A DNA stretch of 64,000 bases from Nemertoderma westbladi (taxonomy: Eukaryota; Animalia; Xenacoelomorpha), in assembly GCA_032718475.1 (NCBI GenBank), contig JAUCBJ010002660.1, positions 1,719 through 65,718 on the forward strand, in the 5' to 3' direction. The translations under genes were made by a program, and so were the position numbers. This document shows positions 26,057 to 38,838 of this stretch, in pieces. Below the pieces are notes generated by a model, which saw only the letters and a program-made list of their open reading frames with translations, was not told the DNA's origin and searched no databases. How positions within the stretch are numbered: position 1 is the first letter of the stretch; the number at the start of each line of letters is the position of its first letter.

Positions 26057-27904
26057 TTCCTTGATATACTATATCAAGAATATGTATTATATCTTTATAT
26101 CTATTTATTTATATTTTTATGTCTATAAAGTGACTTAAAATGTCCATGAATATGGTCCAAAATCGCAAATATCGAGATTTATTAAATTGGATTTTTGACA
26201 CTTTTAGCGACTGACACTTGATCATATACAATCGTAGATCGGTAGAGGATAAACATAAGTTTGTTAAATAAGAGCCACCATTACGATCTGCTAAAGTGCA
26301 CTTGTACAAATAAGTGTGCAAAAGTGCAAATTTTTAAATAAGGTCAAATTATATAGTATTGGGTTCTTTTCTTTGCAGATACTTTATTTTCATATTAATA
26401 TGTTGTTTAGACCTTACTGAGCGCATTAGGGGATATGCGTACAAATAACCGGCCCTTATGAGGCTTCGATTGGGTAAATTAATAAAACATAAGGTTGTAT
26501 AGTATAATATTCTAAAAACCAGTGTGATATGCACTTTAAATAATAAATAGAGATCAAATAACAAATGGACCACACAATTAAAAACTCGCACAATTTTGTA
26601 CTTATTATATCGCTTCAAATTAATTCAACAGTGGATATTTGTGGGAAGGGGGAAGTTACAGTGTGCATTCGGGGGAAGTTTGGTGAACTGCATTTATGCA
26701 GTGAATCCAAACTTCCCCCTTTGATATATCATATACTTAAGACATGCTAGGGTGACGGGGAAATATTTGTTACTGTCACACTTTGCTTCCATTTATCCTA
26801 TCCTTTATTATTACCCCAGTCAGATAAGAGATAATAAATCAGTAAAAACCAAACTAAACTGTCTTTCATGCAAACAAATTTCTAACTAAAGACGGGTGAA
26901 TGACCATGACCATGGAAATAATTTTAAATATAATCGTATATCAACTATTTGGGGAGGCTTCCAAACCCGAAAACAACTATTTCGTTACATATAATATAGT
27001 AAATAACGTTGTATGTTCTTCTTCCTCTCATAATAAAATATAAATGAAATATCTCAGATCGCTATGCCCTGTAACATTTCACAACCAAAACATTTAAGTG
27101 TGAAAAGTGTAGGCCTACCACACACCGCCCAAACAACCGCAAACGCATAGCCAACAAATTTAACAAAAGGTTACATACATGTTGGGTTCATGACGAGATG
27201 AGTGAAAATTGATCGCGTAATATAAAGTAAAAAATTAAGAGACGGGCTGGCTCTCCTCCACTTTCTTACCCAATGGATATGTTGTTGTAATAATCTAATA
27301 TTGGGGCGGCTTTCTCTCGGATACATAAAAAATAATAATATTATTTTTAAGAACATTAATTTTACTACTTTGCAAAAATTCAATTAAAAAATAACCAGAC
27401 AAATATATTGCGGAATAAACTATTTGAGATATAAGCCTACAACAGCCATGCCCGGATAGTATTTATGTTATTATATCTGTCATTTACCTGAGATAGCAAT
27501 ACATGCAGCGTATATGGTGGGAGTTAAAGAATGCTGTCTGGGCTGCATTATCAATACTGATGCCTATTACAAGCTATTTTATCATGTTTATACTAGAAAT
27601 TAGGTCAGGTCAGGTATTCTAGGGCATTGATCAAGAAAACTTTCCACCTCCATGCAGCATAAAGGAGGTGCCACCTGTAGTTGCATAGACCCTCTTCTCT
27701 TACTAGGGCAAATCTGGTCCTGTAACTAGGACCCCCTTCGTTCTGGGATAAGGACGCCCTTGGTCCTGGATAAAGGACCCATATACTTGGCTGCAGGGGT
27801 ATATAGCCTGGCCAGGCAGATGGTGATCTACCAATGGCTGGTCAGGAGTAGAGTGTTCTCATGTCCACTCTGAGGACACTTCACTGCGACCTGCACAGAC
27901 TATG

Positions 27905-28850
27905 TCCATCAGACTATGTTCTACGCATGTCCTTAGATCATCATAATGATGATGGGGTGATGATAACTCCACCTACTGGCTCCAGAAGTCGAGGAAATCC
28001 TGCCAAGTACCTAACTGATCTAGACTTTGCTGATGACTTAGGAGTACACTCAGAATCATTAGAGGGAGCCCAACGGCTCCTCAGCTCATTAGAACATGCT
28101 GCTTCTAGTGTTGGTCTTTTTATTAACTCCAGAAAGACCAAAATTTTGACAGTTAACTTTGAAAGTCCTCAGCAAGTCTCTGATCGGATGAGCATAAGCT
28201 CAAAGGATGGTATGCTTGAGCATGTTGACGACTTCTGTTACCTGGGATCATGGATCCGGAAGTCAGGTGAGGACCTTCGAATATGTAAGGGAAAGGCATG
28301 GACAACCTTGAATAGGCTTTCCAGGATTTGGAAGTCACCGAGAATTAATCGGAAACTTAAGGTCCGATTATTTAGAGCAGCAGTAGTTCCAGTACTCCTC
28401 TATGGGAGTCCATGCTGGGCTCTAACTGCTGAGGACACCAAATCTCTGGATGGCACATTCACAAGAATGCTACGCCGGGTTCATTGTGTCAAGTACAATG
28501 CACACCTCTCCAACCAGACACTATATAACATTGGAGGTGTCTCATTGGTTCCCCCAAGCTTGACACTAGAACAAAATCGCCTCCGCTTTGCAGGACATTG
28601 CTTTTGCCGTGAGGACCAGCCAGTGCATAATTTTGTACTTTGGCAGCCTCATGGAGTGAATAAGCATTGTGGACAGCCCATGACTTTCTTGAGACGCATC
28701 TTAAAGGACACTGGCCTTGAAGATGCGGATGATCTAGCAAATGTCATGGGTGATAGGGAGTTGTGGCGGTGCAATTTTGTTGACAAGCCGGCACAGCATT
28801 CTTAAAAATGCAGCTGCAATGCAGCATGCCGATCCTAGTAGTAGTAGTGG
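27905..28850 (+). mobile_element. 5'-truncated RTE-like LINE (RT C-terminal half and 3' end)
   Basis: LTDLDFADDL, GLFINSRKTK, FCYLGS, KVRLFRA.V.PVLLYG, RLRFAGHC motifs; ends in (tag)n tail at ~28836-28848. Confidence 0.88.
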
Positions 28851-30924
28851 TGATGGGGTTATTGTAGCTCGGATTTATAAGGTACGTTCTATTTAGAGTC
28901 TTCAAGTCAGGAGTAAGGGTAACATAAAGGTTAATTTTATGGTCTCAAGGTCTCTTCTGAGATTTACTGTTTATGTTAATTAATGGGATATGTTGTTCAC
29001 TATAAGATAAACAATTCACCAGGTTTAATTATGATTGATCTGACAGGTCATAAACATGTCTAATTATATCATAATATACTAGACTGAAAATCAACAAATA
29101 GATTAGAAAGACTTAATTGGTTTTACATCCTGCAAAATAAATAATAAGTAACATAACCTAAATAAAATATAAGATATCGGTGATGCATAACTCACAGTTT
29201 ATCTGCCGTCCTTGTATGCCTCGTGTAATCGGTGTGAGTGTGGGTCAATAGTCATCCGTGCGTACAACAGTGGTGGTCAACGTATGCGCGTCCTCTGACC
29301 CAAGACCATAATGACCATACCCGGGCCAGGAAGGTGGTGTGTACTCGCGTACCGCCGGCACCCCCACCATGCACGTATACTGAGCGGCCCCGAGGCTGAC
29401 CTCTCAGTATTCGGTTCGGATTATACGAATTCTGTCGCCGCCGCCGTAACGAGCATATATCACACAGACTCCAAGAAACATATGGGATTGGAAGATGCAA
29501 ACCAAGAATGACTTGCATCAACCAAACAAACTGTTTCCCGTCTAATGTGATAGACACTCGACACTACTCGTATAAGCAGACAAATCACAATCACAAATTG
29601 TGCGATGTGTGAAATGTTATCCCGATCCGCAACCTGGGAAACGGCCCCAAAGAGCAGTTTACTCTGCTAAGGGAGTCCTTACTAACGGTCTTTTAATAAT
29701 TATTGTAGGCCTAGTGTTTCAATTTCAAGCTTGACGGATTTAAGTGTTGTCAATTTTATTATATTATTCAAAAATATTAACACTTCTAGTACTGTATATG
29801 TTAAAACTAATTCAGATCTACTGTACTGAACTGAGTGTGTGGCTGATCAACTATGTTCTACAGTACAGTACAGTACTAAAAGTGTAGCAGCCGAAAGGCA
29901 AGGCCAATAAGACAAAATTCATTTCCATTGACCACTTAATTAGACATTCCTTGTTATGTAGTTATATAGCTGCAATATTATACCACATTTTATGCATTAC
30001 TACAGTAGTACTACTTACTGTAGGCCTACAGTTGTACACTACTCCGTATTATTAGAATTTAGTTCCAGATGTGTCGGAGTTAGTAATTATACTCGAAATA
30101 ATGCAGGAATGGCCTCGGATAGATTTAATACTATCGATAACGAACCAATAAACATACAGTTACTGTACTACAGTACATTACATAGTAATAGTAATTAGTA
30201 AGCCTTCCAATATTAAATTGACTTCCACTTTTGCAAAGTTGTCCATATGTTGTTCATAGCGTATATTTAATAATTATTTTTGATAATGCACTGGACTGAA
30301 TACTGCATATACACGTCAAGTGACCCTACATTATTGTGGTCTATTTTTATATTTTGTAACTGTGCTAAATAAACTACTGTATAGATAAAGTAAAGGCAAA
30401 GTACTGTGGGGCGAGCCGCGAATGTAAGCGAGCTTACAGTAGCATACTGTAGCTGTCGCGTCCAATTTTAAAAGTTAATAACTTGGCCAATCCTCGATGA
30501 AATCTAACCAAACTTGGTACACCATGTAGTCTGGCGAAAGTTTAGAAATTTTCCAAGTTGATTTTCGTGTGGGGTGTGGCCTTCGAGAAAGTAAGATAAA
30601 AGCAGTTAATTAGTTAATTAAGTTGATTACTGTAAAAGAACATAATTTTTCTGCTTGCCCTTTAATGGAAATTAGTTATTTCTAGTATCCATTATAGTTT
30701 TTAATTAGTTCAAGTGATTTACCGGTACTTTAAGAATTGTGTTTTTAATTGTTCTAAACGTAATTATGAGTTATTAAAATGCCCCGTCTCTCCACCCTAT
30801 ATGCTTCCAGCTCCCCCATTCCATTGCGTGCTTGCTATTGCCTAGCTGTGAAGTGAACCAGTCCAACCAGTCCCACCTCACCACTACTCAAGCAATAAAG
30901 GGCTTTAGTACATCTATATGACAG

Positions 30925-31200
30925 GCTACTACTACGATCGGCATGCTGCATTGCAGCTGCATTATATATATATTAATAACAATATTCGCAAAATTGCACC
31001 GCCACAACTCCCTATCACCCATGACATTTGCTAGATCATCCGCATCTTCAAGGCCAGTGTCCTTTAAGATGCGTCTCATGAAAGTCATGGGCTGTCCACC
31101 ATGCTTATTCGCTCCATGAGGCTGCCAAAGTACACGATTATGCACTGGCTGGTCCTCACGGCGAAAGCAATGTCCTGCAAAGCGGAGGCAGTTCCGTTCA
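30925..31200 (-). mobile_element. Short 3' fragment of the same RTE-like LINE family
   Basis: LRFAGHCFRREDQPVHN..WQPHG...GDRELWRCNF is nearly identical to 28580-28780; same (tag)n tail. Confidence 0.88.
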
Positions 31201-31514
31201 AGGTACCGTCCGGGGGTGGGGGGGGGGGGGGGGGGGGGACCAGCCCTCATCGGCATGGATATATTTAATATGGTGTGGCACAGTGGCATACACAAAACTG
31301 TAACACTGTGCCTAGGTAGGACTAATTCAAAAAGTGGGAGACCCTAATGGAAAACCTCCAATGTTGTATAATGTCCATTGTACTTGACACAATGGACCCG
31401 GCGCATCATTTTTGTGAAAGTGCATCCAGAGATTTGGTATCCTCTTCAGTTAGAGCCCAGCATGAACTCACATATAAGAATACTAGTACTACTTCTGCCA
31501 TAAATAATCAAACC

Positions 31515-34500
31515 AACCGTATTGCGGTGCAGGCCTACCGTACTATTCGACTGATCGTAATATATAATCTCTGACAAATATTATTCACTTTCGGGAAATA
31601 TTAACAGTTCCTTTAGGACGCTCTAAATATGTAAACAGAGTTATGACTTAAACTAGACACAATGGGATGGCTATAGATTCACGTATATGGCGCATTCTTT
31701 AGGAGATGCTTTGTTATCAGTCACAATCATACACAATACTGCACAATGCTGCACACCGATCTGCCGACCTTCACTAATTTTAGTCACATATAAAGAGAAC
31801 AACAACCAATACATGTAGTGCCTATGAAATAGAATTAGATTCACTTCAGAACCACTTTAATGTAAGTCGCAATCGTTATATGTAACCGGTCTCTCTTACC
31901 TTCAGTATATCAAGAAGATTGAGGGTTTTGTAATTATTTATCGGTATTCCAAATATAATAATATTCCATCAACTGATATAATGAATAACCGACAGTAAAT
32001 AGCAGTACAAAGGTTAAGGTATGAATGGTTATGATATGTTATGATTAGATATGTGAGTAATGATAACAGATATACGTTCTATAATTAAGCCTACTAATGT
32101 TGGGCTAAAGACTGAAAAACACAGAGATTCCAAAGCCGGTCTTCTAGGCTCAGGAAAAAAGGTAAACATTGACCCATAATGCATTGCGCGATTTCCCGGA
32201 GGTTTCTGTACAAAAAGCAGGAGAATCGCTCTGATTGGTTGACCGAACAAAGAAACAACAGAGAACAAGGAAAAAGCTACACGTGTACAGATCAGCTGTT
32301 AGCTGTCGTCATAGTAACTACACTGTTTCAAGAGGATTTAGCGTATTGCGACATAGAATTGCTAGTTATGTCCGCTAAAGTACACATACAGAAGAAATGG
32401 TTTTTTATGTCCACTAAAACACCAGTACAGTAAGGATACGGCCTTTTATGCCTGTTAAACCAACTACAGAGTACTTTACGGGGAAAATAACCGGCTAATT
32501 CCGCAAAAGCTTTTACACCGCTCCCAGAAAATGGGATTTAAGTCAACAAAATATAAAAAATCACAGTTTCTAAAATATAAAAATACTCTAAACAGTTAGT
32601 CTTTCTTACGCAGACGGCGTTTACGCAGTTTTTTGAGGCTAGCAAGAGTCCTTTTCTCTTTGGGGCGAGCCACTTTACTAGGAGGGCTGTAACTCCTGGG
32701 TGAAGGGTGCAATACAATTGCATCAGAAGGTTTAGGATTACGATCGGTGTATCCGCCGGTCGAGGTACCTGGTTGATCGATATCAACTTCAGTGGAGCGA
32801 GGTCTAACGGCCTTTAGGGCGCGTCTTAAGACAGCAGCTCCTACGGGTCCTTGACGGGTCGTCTGGACAATAGCGGTAGGTGGACCGTGAGTGGTGAGAA
32901 ACTTCCTCGGTTTAATGGTTCTTTCCAGCTCGCGTTCTCGGGCTCGATATTCGTAGGGCCGTCGAGATACTTCCTGTAACTCAGGGTGTGAGTTGATAAA
33001 TAAATCGCCATACTCAGGGTCTTGACGGATGAAATTGATCAAATGGTATGAAGTAATATCGTTAGGATTGACGTAATAAGGGTGATCTTTGATCCCATAA
33101 AACGAGTCCGGTAAAGGTCTAGCGCGTATGTTAACATCGTGTACCATGCGACGGACAAGATCCGCTCTATTGTCCGGAGGTTCAACGAGTATACCATCGA
33201 CACGAGCGGCTTCGATGGGCGGACGTTGCAACATGGGAGCGTCAGCGATAAGATCTCGAGATCTTAGGTTGATATCAACCGGTTGAGGCTGTGCCGTGGC
33301 GAAGAGTTTGTCTCCGAAATGGGGAACCATCGAAGGATGGATAATGGTTTTAGAATAGAGATCTGTTATAAGAATTTGAGTTTCTGGCTGGGCTAAAGCT
33401 GCTTCTTCTCTCTCATCTAGCTCTATATGTCTCTCCTCGAGCTGATTTTCCTCCGCTTGTTGTTGCAAACGCTCATCTAGGAACTCTTGTAAAGAGTAGG
33501 TTCGTCCACGTTCGATGTCCTCCTCGAGATTTTGTATTTCTCTATCGAACTGGGGTAAAGCTAATTCTTTCACCGCTTGGACTTGTTGCTGCAATTTACG
33601 TTTCTCCAAACAATTGTAAGTTCCCTTTCCGATTTTCTGCCGAATAGCGTCTAACGAGTTTCGTACGACGCTCTCTTTGACTTCCGTAACAGGTTGTATC
33701 GAGGTGAAGCCGGGACGGTTGTATGGGTTAAACGGCGATATTAGATGACCGCGTCCTAATCCAGCTAGGTAGGGTTGGCGAATATCTAGTGAGCCCACTA
33801 CCGGAGTGCCACCGATCAACTGTTCGGGTAACACTAGATCTTTGAACAGTGAGTACAGTTCGGGAGGATCCGTGATACTATTAGGATCAAGAGTCTGAGG
33901 TCTAACTGAGGAATGAGGAGGTCTGACCGAGTATTCTGGAACTCTGATCATTGGTTTATTCAAGTATCGTTTGAGCCGAGCGACCGTAGGTGATACGTCG
34001 AACAGGTTTCGCTCGAAACTCCCATAAGTATATCGTGTAAAACTGTGTTTAGCGCAACGTCTCCGCGGATGTTTATGTCTTTCCGTTAGCTGATTGGGTC
34101 TAGGGCATTCGTCACAGTAATACCAAAGACGCACGTCCTGCAGGGGAAACGCGGGTGATCGTTCTCCAGTTTTACAATATTCCTCCATCTGTTCGAAGCT
34201 ATCTTGGACGACAGGTAGCGGTCGATCGGTGGTAAGATACATCATAGTGAAATAGAGTCGTTTGAGTTCTATCATAGGATCATGATGTATACCTTGAGGA
34301 TATCGAGTTTCTAGATTTTGTTGACTGGCAATATTGAGATATGTCTCTCTCAGGAATTCCAGATAATCGTTGAAGTCGCTGCGTTTATCCGGCTCTTCAA
34401 CGTCTTCTCTTTCGAGTCGGTTTCGAATAGAATTCTCGTGTTCTATTCTCGGTTTATCGTTCCGACTCCGCTGGGTATGATATTTAAATAAAACCATTTC

Positions 34501-35730
34501 CCTTTCGGTGTCTACATCGTCCGTATCGTGTAAATCGATAGGATGGCCAGTAGTTAAGAAGTCCATATACGTACCATTACGATGCGTATAGCGAGTGGTG
34601 AACTTTCTATAATCCAATTCACGCGTAAGTTGCTCTTGGGACATTGGCGGTTCGATATAACGGCCATCATCCTCCGTAGTAGTTGGACCAGCGTCGCCGC
34701 GTATCAAGCTATCGACAAACGCTTGTAAAGGTAGAGTATATCGCTCCCTGATACTAAGATCATCTTCAATCAACTCAGTCATATCTGCTATATGAGTTTA
34801 TCAATATTATAATGAGTTTATATATTAGGCTAGCGGGCGTCGCTGCCTACCCCTCTTTTGCCCCCGGACAGTGCAAGATCCTCAGCGCCGATGTACCGTC
34901 GTCGCTGTGCTTTCGCCAACGATGTAGCTACACAACGACAACGATAACCGGCACAAGTCACTCCACTGTCCGTCCCAAAGGCTTAGATGTACTTCAGGTT
35001 CTTTCTGGAGAGTTAGGGCTACTTTCACAATTGCGACTCGCTACTGTAAACACACTTTAGCAGTAACATTCACCTATAAACGCACAAATTCCACACAACT
35101 GTCACAAACTGTACACATTCGGGCCATTTGTCCGTTAGTCAGTGCCTTCCAGAATGTCACTTTATTATTAGGTATCCTTGGATACTAACAGTGCGCTATT
35201 TATTCCTTATGTTATTCAATGGGCAAGCTTTCTATTGTTCTTTTAACTCACTTCTAATTCTAGCGTGGTTGTTGCCATGGTGACATTATGGAAAGCTAGC
35301 GGTATAATTAGGGTAATTCTCATGCATACAGATCTGGGATGCTATTTAATAGTAATTCTTTAATGGTCAATATCCTCTCTATACATGATTTTATGAATTT
35401 TATCGGCTATTGACTATATATTGGAGATTCTCGCACACTAATGCACTTAATAGGGTGAATCTCCGCTCCCATGATCTATTAATTAAAGGAATTTTGGGAA
35501 TATTATAAATTGTATAAAAATGACAATTTATTAAATTCATTAAAAATATGAATTTAAATTTATTCCCGTAAATTTTATTATTTAATGTTAAATAGACACA
35601 ATTTTATTCCAGAACATGTCTGGGGACTGGGATCCTTGATTCTAGGAAATTTGTCTTTTTAAGAGTATCGGTAAGTGCTACGATATCTTAATCGACTAGA
35701 ATTTTAAAGGATCTAAAATTTGACAGAATT
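31515..35730 (-). mobile_element. 3' remnant of a sister BEL/Pao element: spacer, intact extra ORF, PPT and truncated 3' LTR (31515-32517)
   Basis: Colinear with 36436-39785 of the full element; lacks the terminal ~170 bp of the LTR and all of gag-pol. Confidence 0.88.
32596..34782 (-). CDS. 728-aa extra ORF of the BEL/Pao family; function unknown
   Basis: ATG-to-stop non-repetitive ORF ending ~80 bp before the 3' LTR; many synonymous differences from the decayed copy; Cys/His cluster, Q/E-rich helical stretch, basic C-terminus KKLRKRRLRKKD; no hydrophobic signal or TM segment visible. Confidence 0.8.
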   Translation of the reverse strand: MTELIEDDLSIRERYTLPLQAFVDSLIRGDAGPTTTEDDGRYIEPPMSQEQLTRELDYRKFTTRYTHRNGTYMDFLTTGHPIDLHDTDDVDTEREMVLFKYHTQRSRNDKPRIEHENSIRNRLEREDVEEPDKRSDFNDYLEFLRETYLNIASQQNLETRYPQGIHHDPMIELKRLYFTMMYLTTDRPLPVVQDSFEQMEEYCKTGERSPAFPLQDVRLWYYCDECPRPNQLTERHKHPRRRCAKHSFTRYTYGSFERNLFDVSPTVARLKRYLNKPMIRVPEYSVRPPHSSVRPQTLDPNSITDPPELYSLFKDLVLPEQLIGGTPVVGSLDIRQPYLAGLGRGHLISPFNPYNRPGFTSIQPVTEVKESVVRNSLDAIRQKIGKGTYNCLEKRKLQQQVQAVKELALPQFDREIQNLEEDIERGRTYSLQEFLDERLQQQAEENQLEERHIELDEREEAALAQPETQILITDLYSKTIIHPSMVPHFGDKLFATAQPQPVDINLRSRDLIADAPMLQRPPIEAARVDGILVEPPDNRADLVRRMVHDVNIRARPLPDSFYGIKDHPYYVNPNDITSYHLINFIRQDPEYGDLFINSHPELQEVSRRPYEYRARERELERTIKPRKFLTTHGPPTAIVQTTRQGPVGAAVLRRALKAVRPRSTEVDIDQPGTSTGGYTDRNPKPSDAIVLHPSPRSYSPPSKVARPKEKRTLASLKKLRKRRLRKKD

Positions 35731-35943
35731 TGACAGGTTCTGTTTTATTCTATGGGACTTCAAAATCCAGGACAGACAGTGTGATGTGTGTGTCATAACT
35801 AACTTTCTCACTTTCTTTGGTGCATTAGCTATAACTACTGTATAATATATATAACTACTGTATACTTATCTTGTTTTTACCGGTAATGTTTAATTATGCA
35901 GATTTATTTTAACCTTATTTGATGTCAATTACACAATTTCAAT

Positions 35944-36114
35944 TTCACCTGACTTTCTGATCCATGATCCCAAGTGGCAGAAGTTATCCGCGTGCTCAAG
36001 CAAGACGTCCTTAGTGCTTATGCCCTTACGATCAGACATTTCTTGAGGGCTGTCTATGTTGACTGTCATGATTTTAGTCTTCTTGGAATTGACAAAAAGA
36101 CCAACACTAGAAGC
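35944..36114 (-). mobile_element. Diverged internal fragment of the RTE-like LINE
   Basis: Reverse complement matches 28099-28270 (tgcttctagtgttggtctttt...gggatcatggatc.g.aagtcaggtga). Confidence 0.75.
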
Positions 36115-36264
36115 AACCTGTTATATATATGACAGGCAGCAGTAAGGAGCCAGACTAAGAAAGCTTGCTTATTGTTTATCTCGCAAAATTTGATTTGATT
36201 ATAATATTTATTAATACTTTACAGCAATAATGTTGTTTATCCCCAATTTACATAATATACCCAC

Positions 36265-37432
36265 TGTTCGCGCTTTCAGACCTTTAGCAGTTTAACCTGC
36301 CAAATTTGGATGTCTTCTAGATTGTAAATCGACTTTAGCCTATGACGAGTATTTGATACACTACATTAGCCGAAGCCAGTCTATGCGCGACCATTCACCC
36401 GCTGGATATACCCGGGAGACTGGATTCGGAAGCCTAACCTTATTGCGGTGTAGGCCTACTGTATTATTCGACTGATCGTAATATATAATCTCTGACAAAT
36501 ATTATTCACTTTCGGGAAATATTAACAGTTCCTTTAGGACGTGGCGCTCTAAATATGTGAACAGAGTTATGACTTACACTAGACACAACGGGATGGCTAT
36601 GGATTCACGTATATAGCGCATTCTTTAGGAGATGCTTTGTTATCAATCACAATCATGCACACTACTGCACAATGCTGCACACCGATCTGCCGACCTTCAC
36701 TAATTTAGTCACATATAAAGAGAACAACGACCGATGCATGTAGTGCCTATGAAATAGCATTAGATTCACTTCAAAACCACTTTAATGTAAGTCGCAATCG
36801 TTATATGTAACCGGTCTCTCTTACCTTCAGTATATCAAGAAGATTGAGGGTTTTATGATTAATTTATCGATATTATCCAATATAATAATATTCCATCAAC
36901 TGATATAATTAATGACCGACAGTAAATAGCAGTAAAAAATGCGGTGTTTGTAGTTGACAATATGATTAGGTGAGTGGATAACAGATATACGTTTCTATGA
37001 TTAAGCCTACTAATGTTGGGCTAAAGCCTGAAACCACAGAGATTCCAAAGCCGGTCTTCTGGGCTCAGGAAAAAAGGTAAACATTGACCCATAATGCATT
37101 GCGCGATTTCCCGGAGGTTTCTGTACAAAAAGCAGGAGAATCGCTCTGATTGGTTGACCGAACAAAGAAACAACAGAGAACAAGGAAAAAGCTACACGTG
37201 TACAGATCAGCTGTTAGCTGTCGTCATAGTAACTACACTGTTTCAAGAGGATTTAGCGTATTGCGACATAGAATTGCTAGTTATGTCCGCTAAAGTACAC
37301 ATACAGAAGAAATGGTTTTTTATGTCCACTAAAACACCAGTACAGTAAGGAAACGGCCCTTGATGTCCGTTAAAACACCTACAGAGTACTTTGCGGTAAA
37401 AATAACCAGCTAATTCCGCAAAAGCTTTTACA
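36265..37432 (-). repeat. 3' LTR of the BEL/Pao element
   Basis: tgttcgcgct...gcttttaca; ~10 substitutions versus 48542-49709 by eye. Confidence 0.95.
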
Positions 37433-37510
37433 CCGCTCCCAGAAAATGGGATTTAATTCTATAAAATATAAAAAATCACAGTTTCTAAAATATAGAAATA
37501 CTCTAAACAG

Positions 37511-38838
37511 TTAGTTTTTCTTGCGCGGACGGCGTTTACGCAGTTTTTTGAGGCTAGCAAGAGTCCTTTTCTCTTTGGAGCGAGCCACTTTACTAGGAGG
37601 GCTATAACCCTTGGGTAAAGGGTGCAATACAATTGCATCTGAAGGTTTAGGGTTACGGTCGATGTCTCGTCCATTTCGATATGCTTCTCCTCGAGCTGAT
37701 TTTCCTCCGCTTATCGTTGGATGCGTTCGTCCAAAACTCTTGCAGAGAATAGGGTCGTCCAAGTTCGATATCTTCTTAGAGATTCTGAATTTCCTGATCG
37801 AACCGAGATAAAGTTAATTCGTTTACCGCTTGGACTTGCTGCTGCAATTTACGTTTCTCCAAACAATCGTAGGTTCCTTTTCCGATCTTTTGTCGAATAG
37901 TGTCTAACGCGTTTCGTACAACTCTCTCCTCCGCCTCGGTGACAGGTTGTATCGGGTTAAACAGGGACGATGATACGGTTGAATGACGATATTAGATGTC
38001 CGCGTCCCAATCCGACTAGGTAAGATGGGCGAATATTTAGGGAGCCCACAACCGGAGTGCCACCGCCGTTCGGGTAACACTAGATCTTTGAACAGTGAGT
38101 ACAGTTCGGGAGGATCCGTGATACTATTAGGATCAAGAGTCTGAGGTCTAACTAGGGAATGAGGAGGTCTGACCCAGTATTCCGGAACTCTGATCATAGG
38201 TTTATTTAAGGATTGTTTGAATCGAGCGAGTGTAGGTGATACATCGAACAAGTTTCGCTCGAAACTCCCGTAAATATAGCGAGTAAAACCGTGTTTAAAG
38301 CAACGTCTCTACGGATGTTTATGTCTTTCCGTTTGTTGGTTGGGTCTTGGGCATTCATTGCAATAATACCAAAGACGCACGTCTTGTAAGGGAAACGCGG
38401 GTGATATTTATTCGGTTTTACAACGTTTCTCTCAAGAATTCCAAATATACGTTGGAGTTACTGCGTTTATCCGGTTCTTTAACGTCTTCTCTTTCGAGTC
38501 GATTTCGAATAGAATTTTCGCATTCGATTTTCAGTTTATCGTTCCGACTCCGCTGGGTAGGATATTTAAATAGTACCATTTCCCTTTCGGTGTCGACATC
38601 GTCCGTATCGTGTAAATTGATAGGATGACCAGTAGTTAAGAAGTCCATATACGTACCATTACGATGCGTACAGCGAGCGGTGAATTTTCTATAGTCCAAT
38701 TCACGCGTAAGTTGCTCCTGGGACATTGGCTGTAGTAGTTGGACCAGCGTCGCCGCGTATCAAGCTATCAACAAACGCTTGTAAAGGTAGAATATATCGC
38801 TCCCTGATACCAAGATCATCTTCTATCAACTCAGTCAT
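37511..38838 (-). pseudogene. Decayed copy of the 728-aa extra ORF
   Basis: Same ATG context (38838) and C-terminus (KKLRKRRPRKKN*, 37511); 1328 bp versus 2187 bp, with several deletions and frameshifts. Confidence 0.9.

Noticed and set aside
29252-29557. GC-richer patch with a 101-aa ORF
   Set aside because: No recognisable motif in any frame and no ATG start; cannot support a gene.
32179-32433. 84-aa ORF repeated three times (also 37094 and 49371)
   Set aside because: Lies inside the LTR, antisense to the element; repetition is explained by LTR identity.
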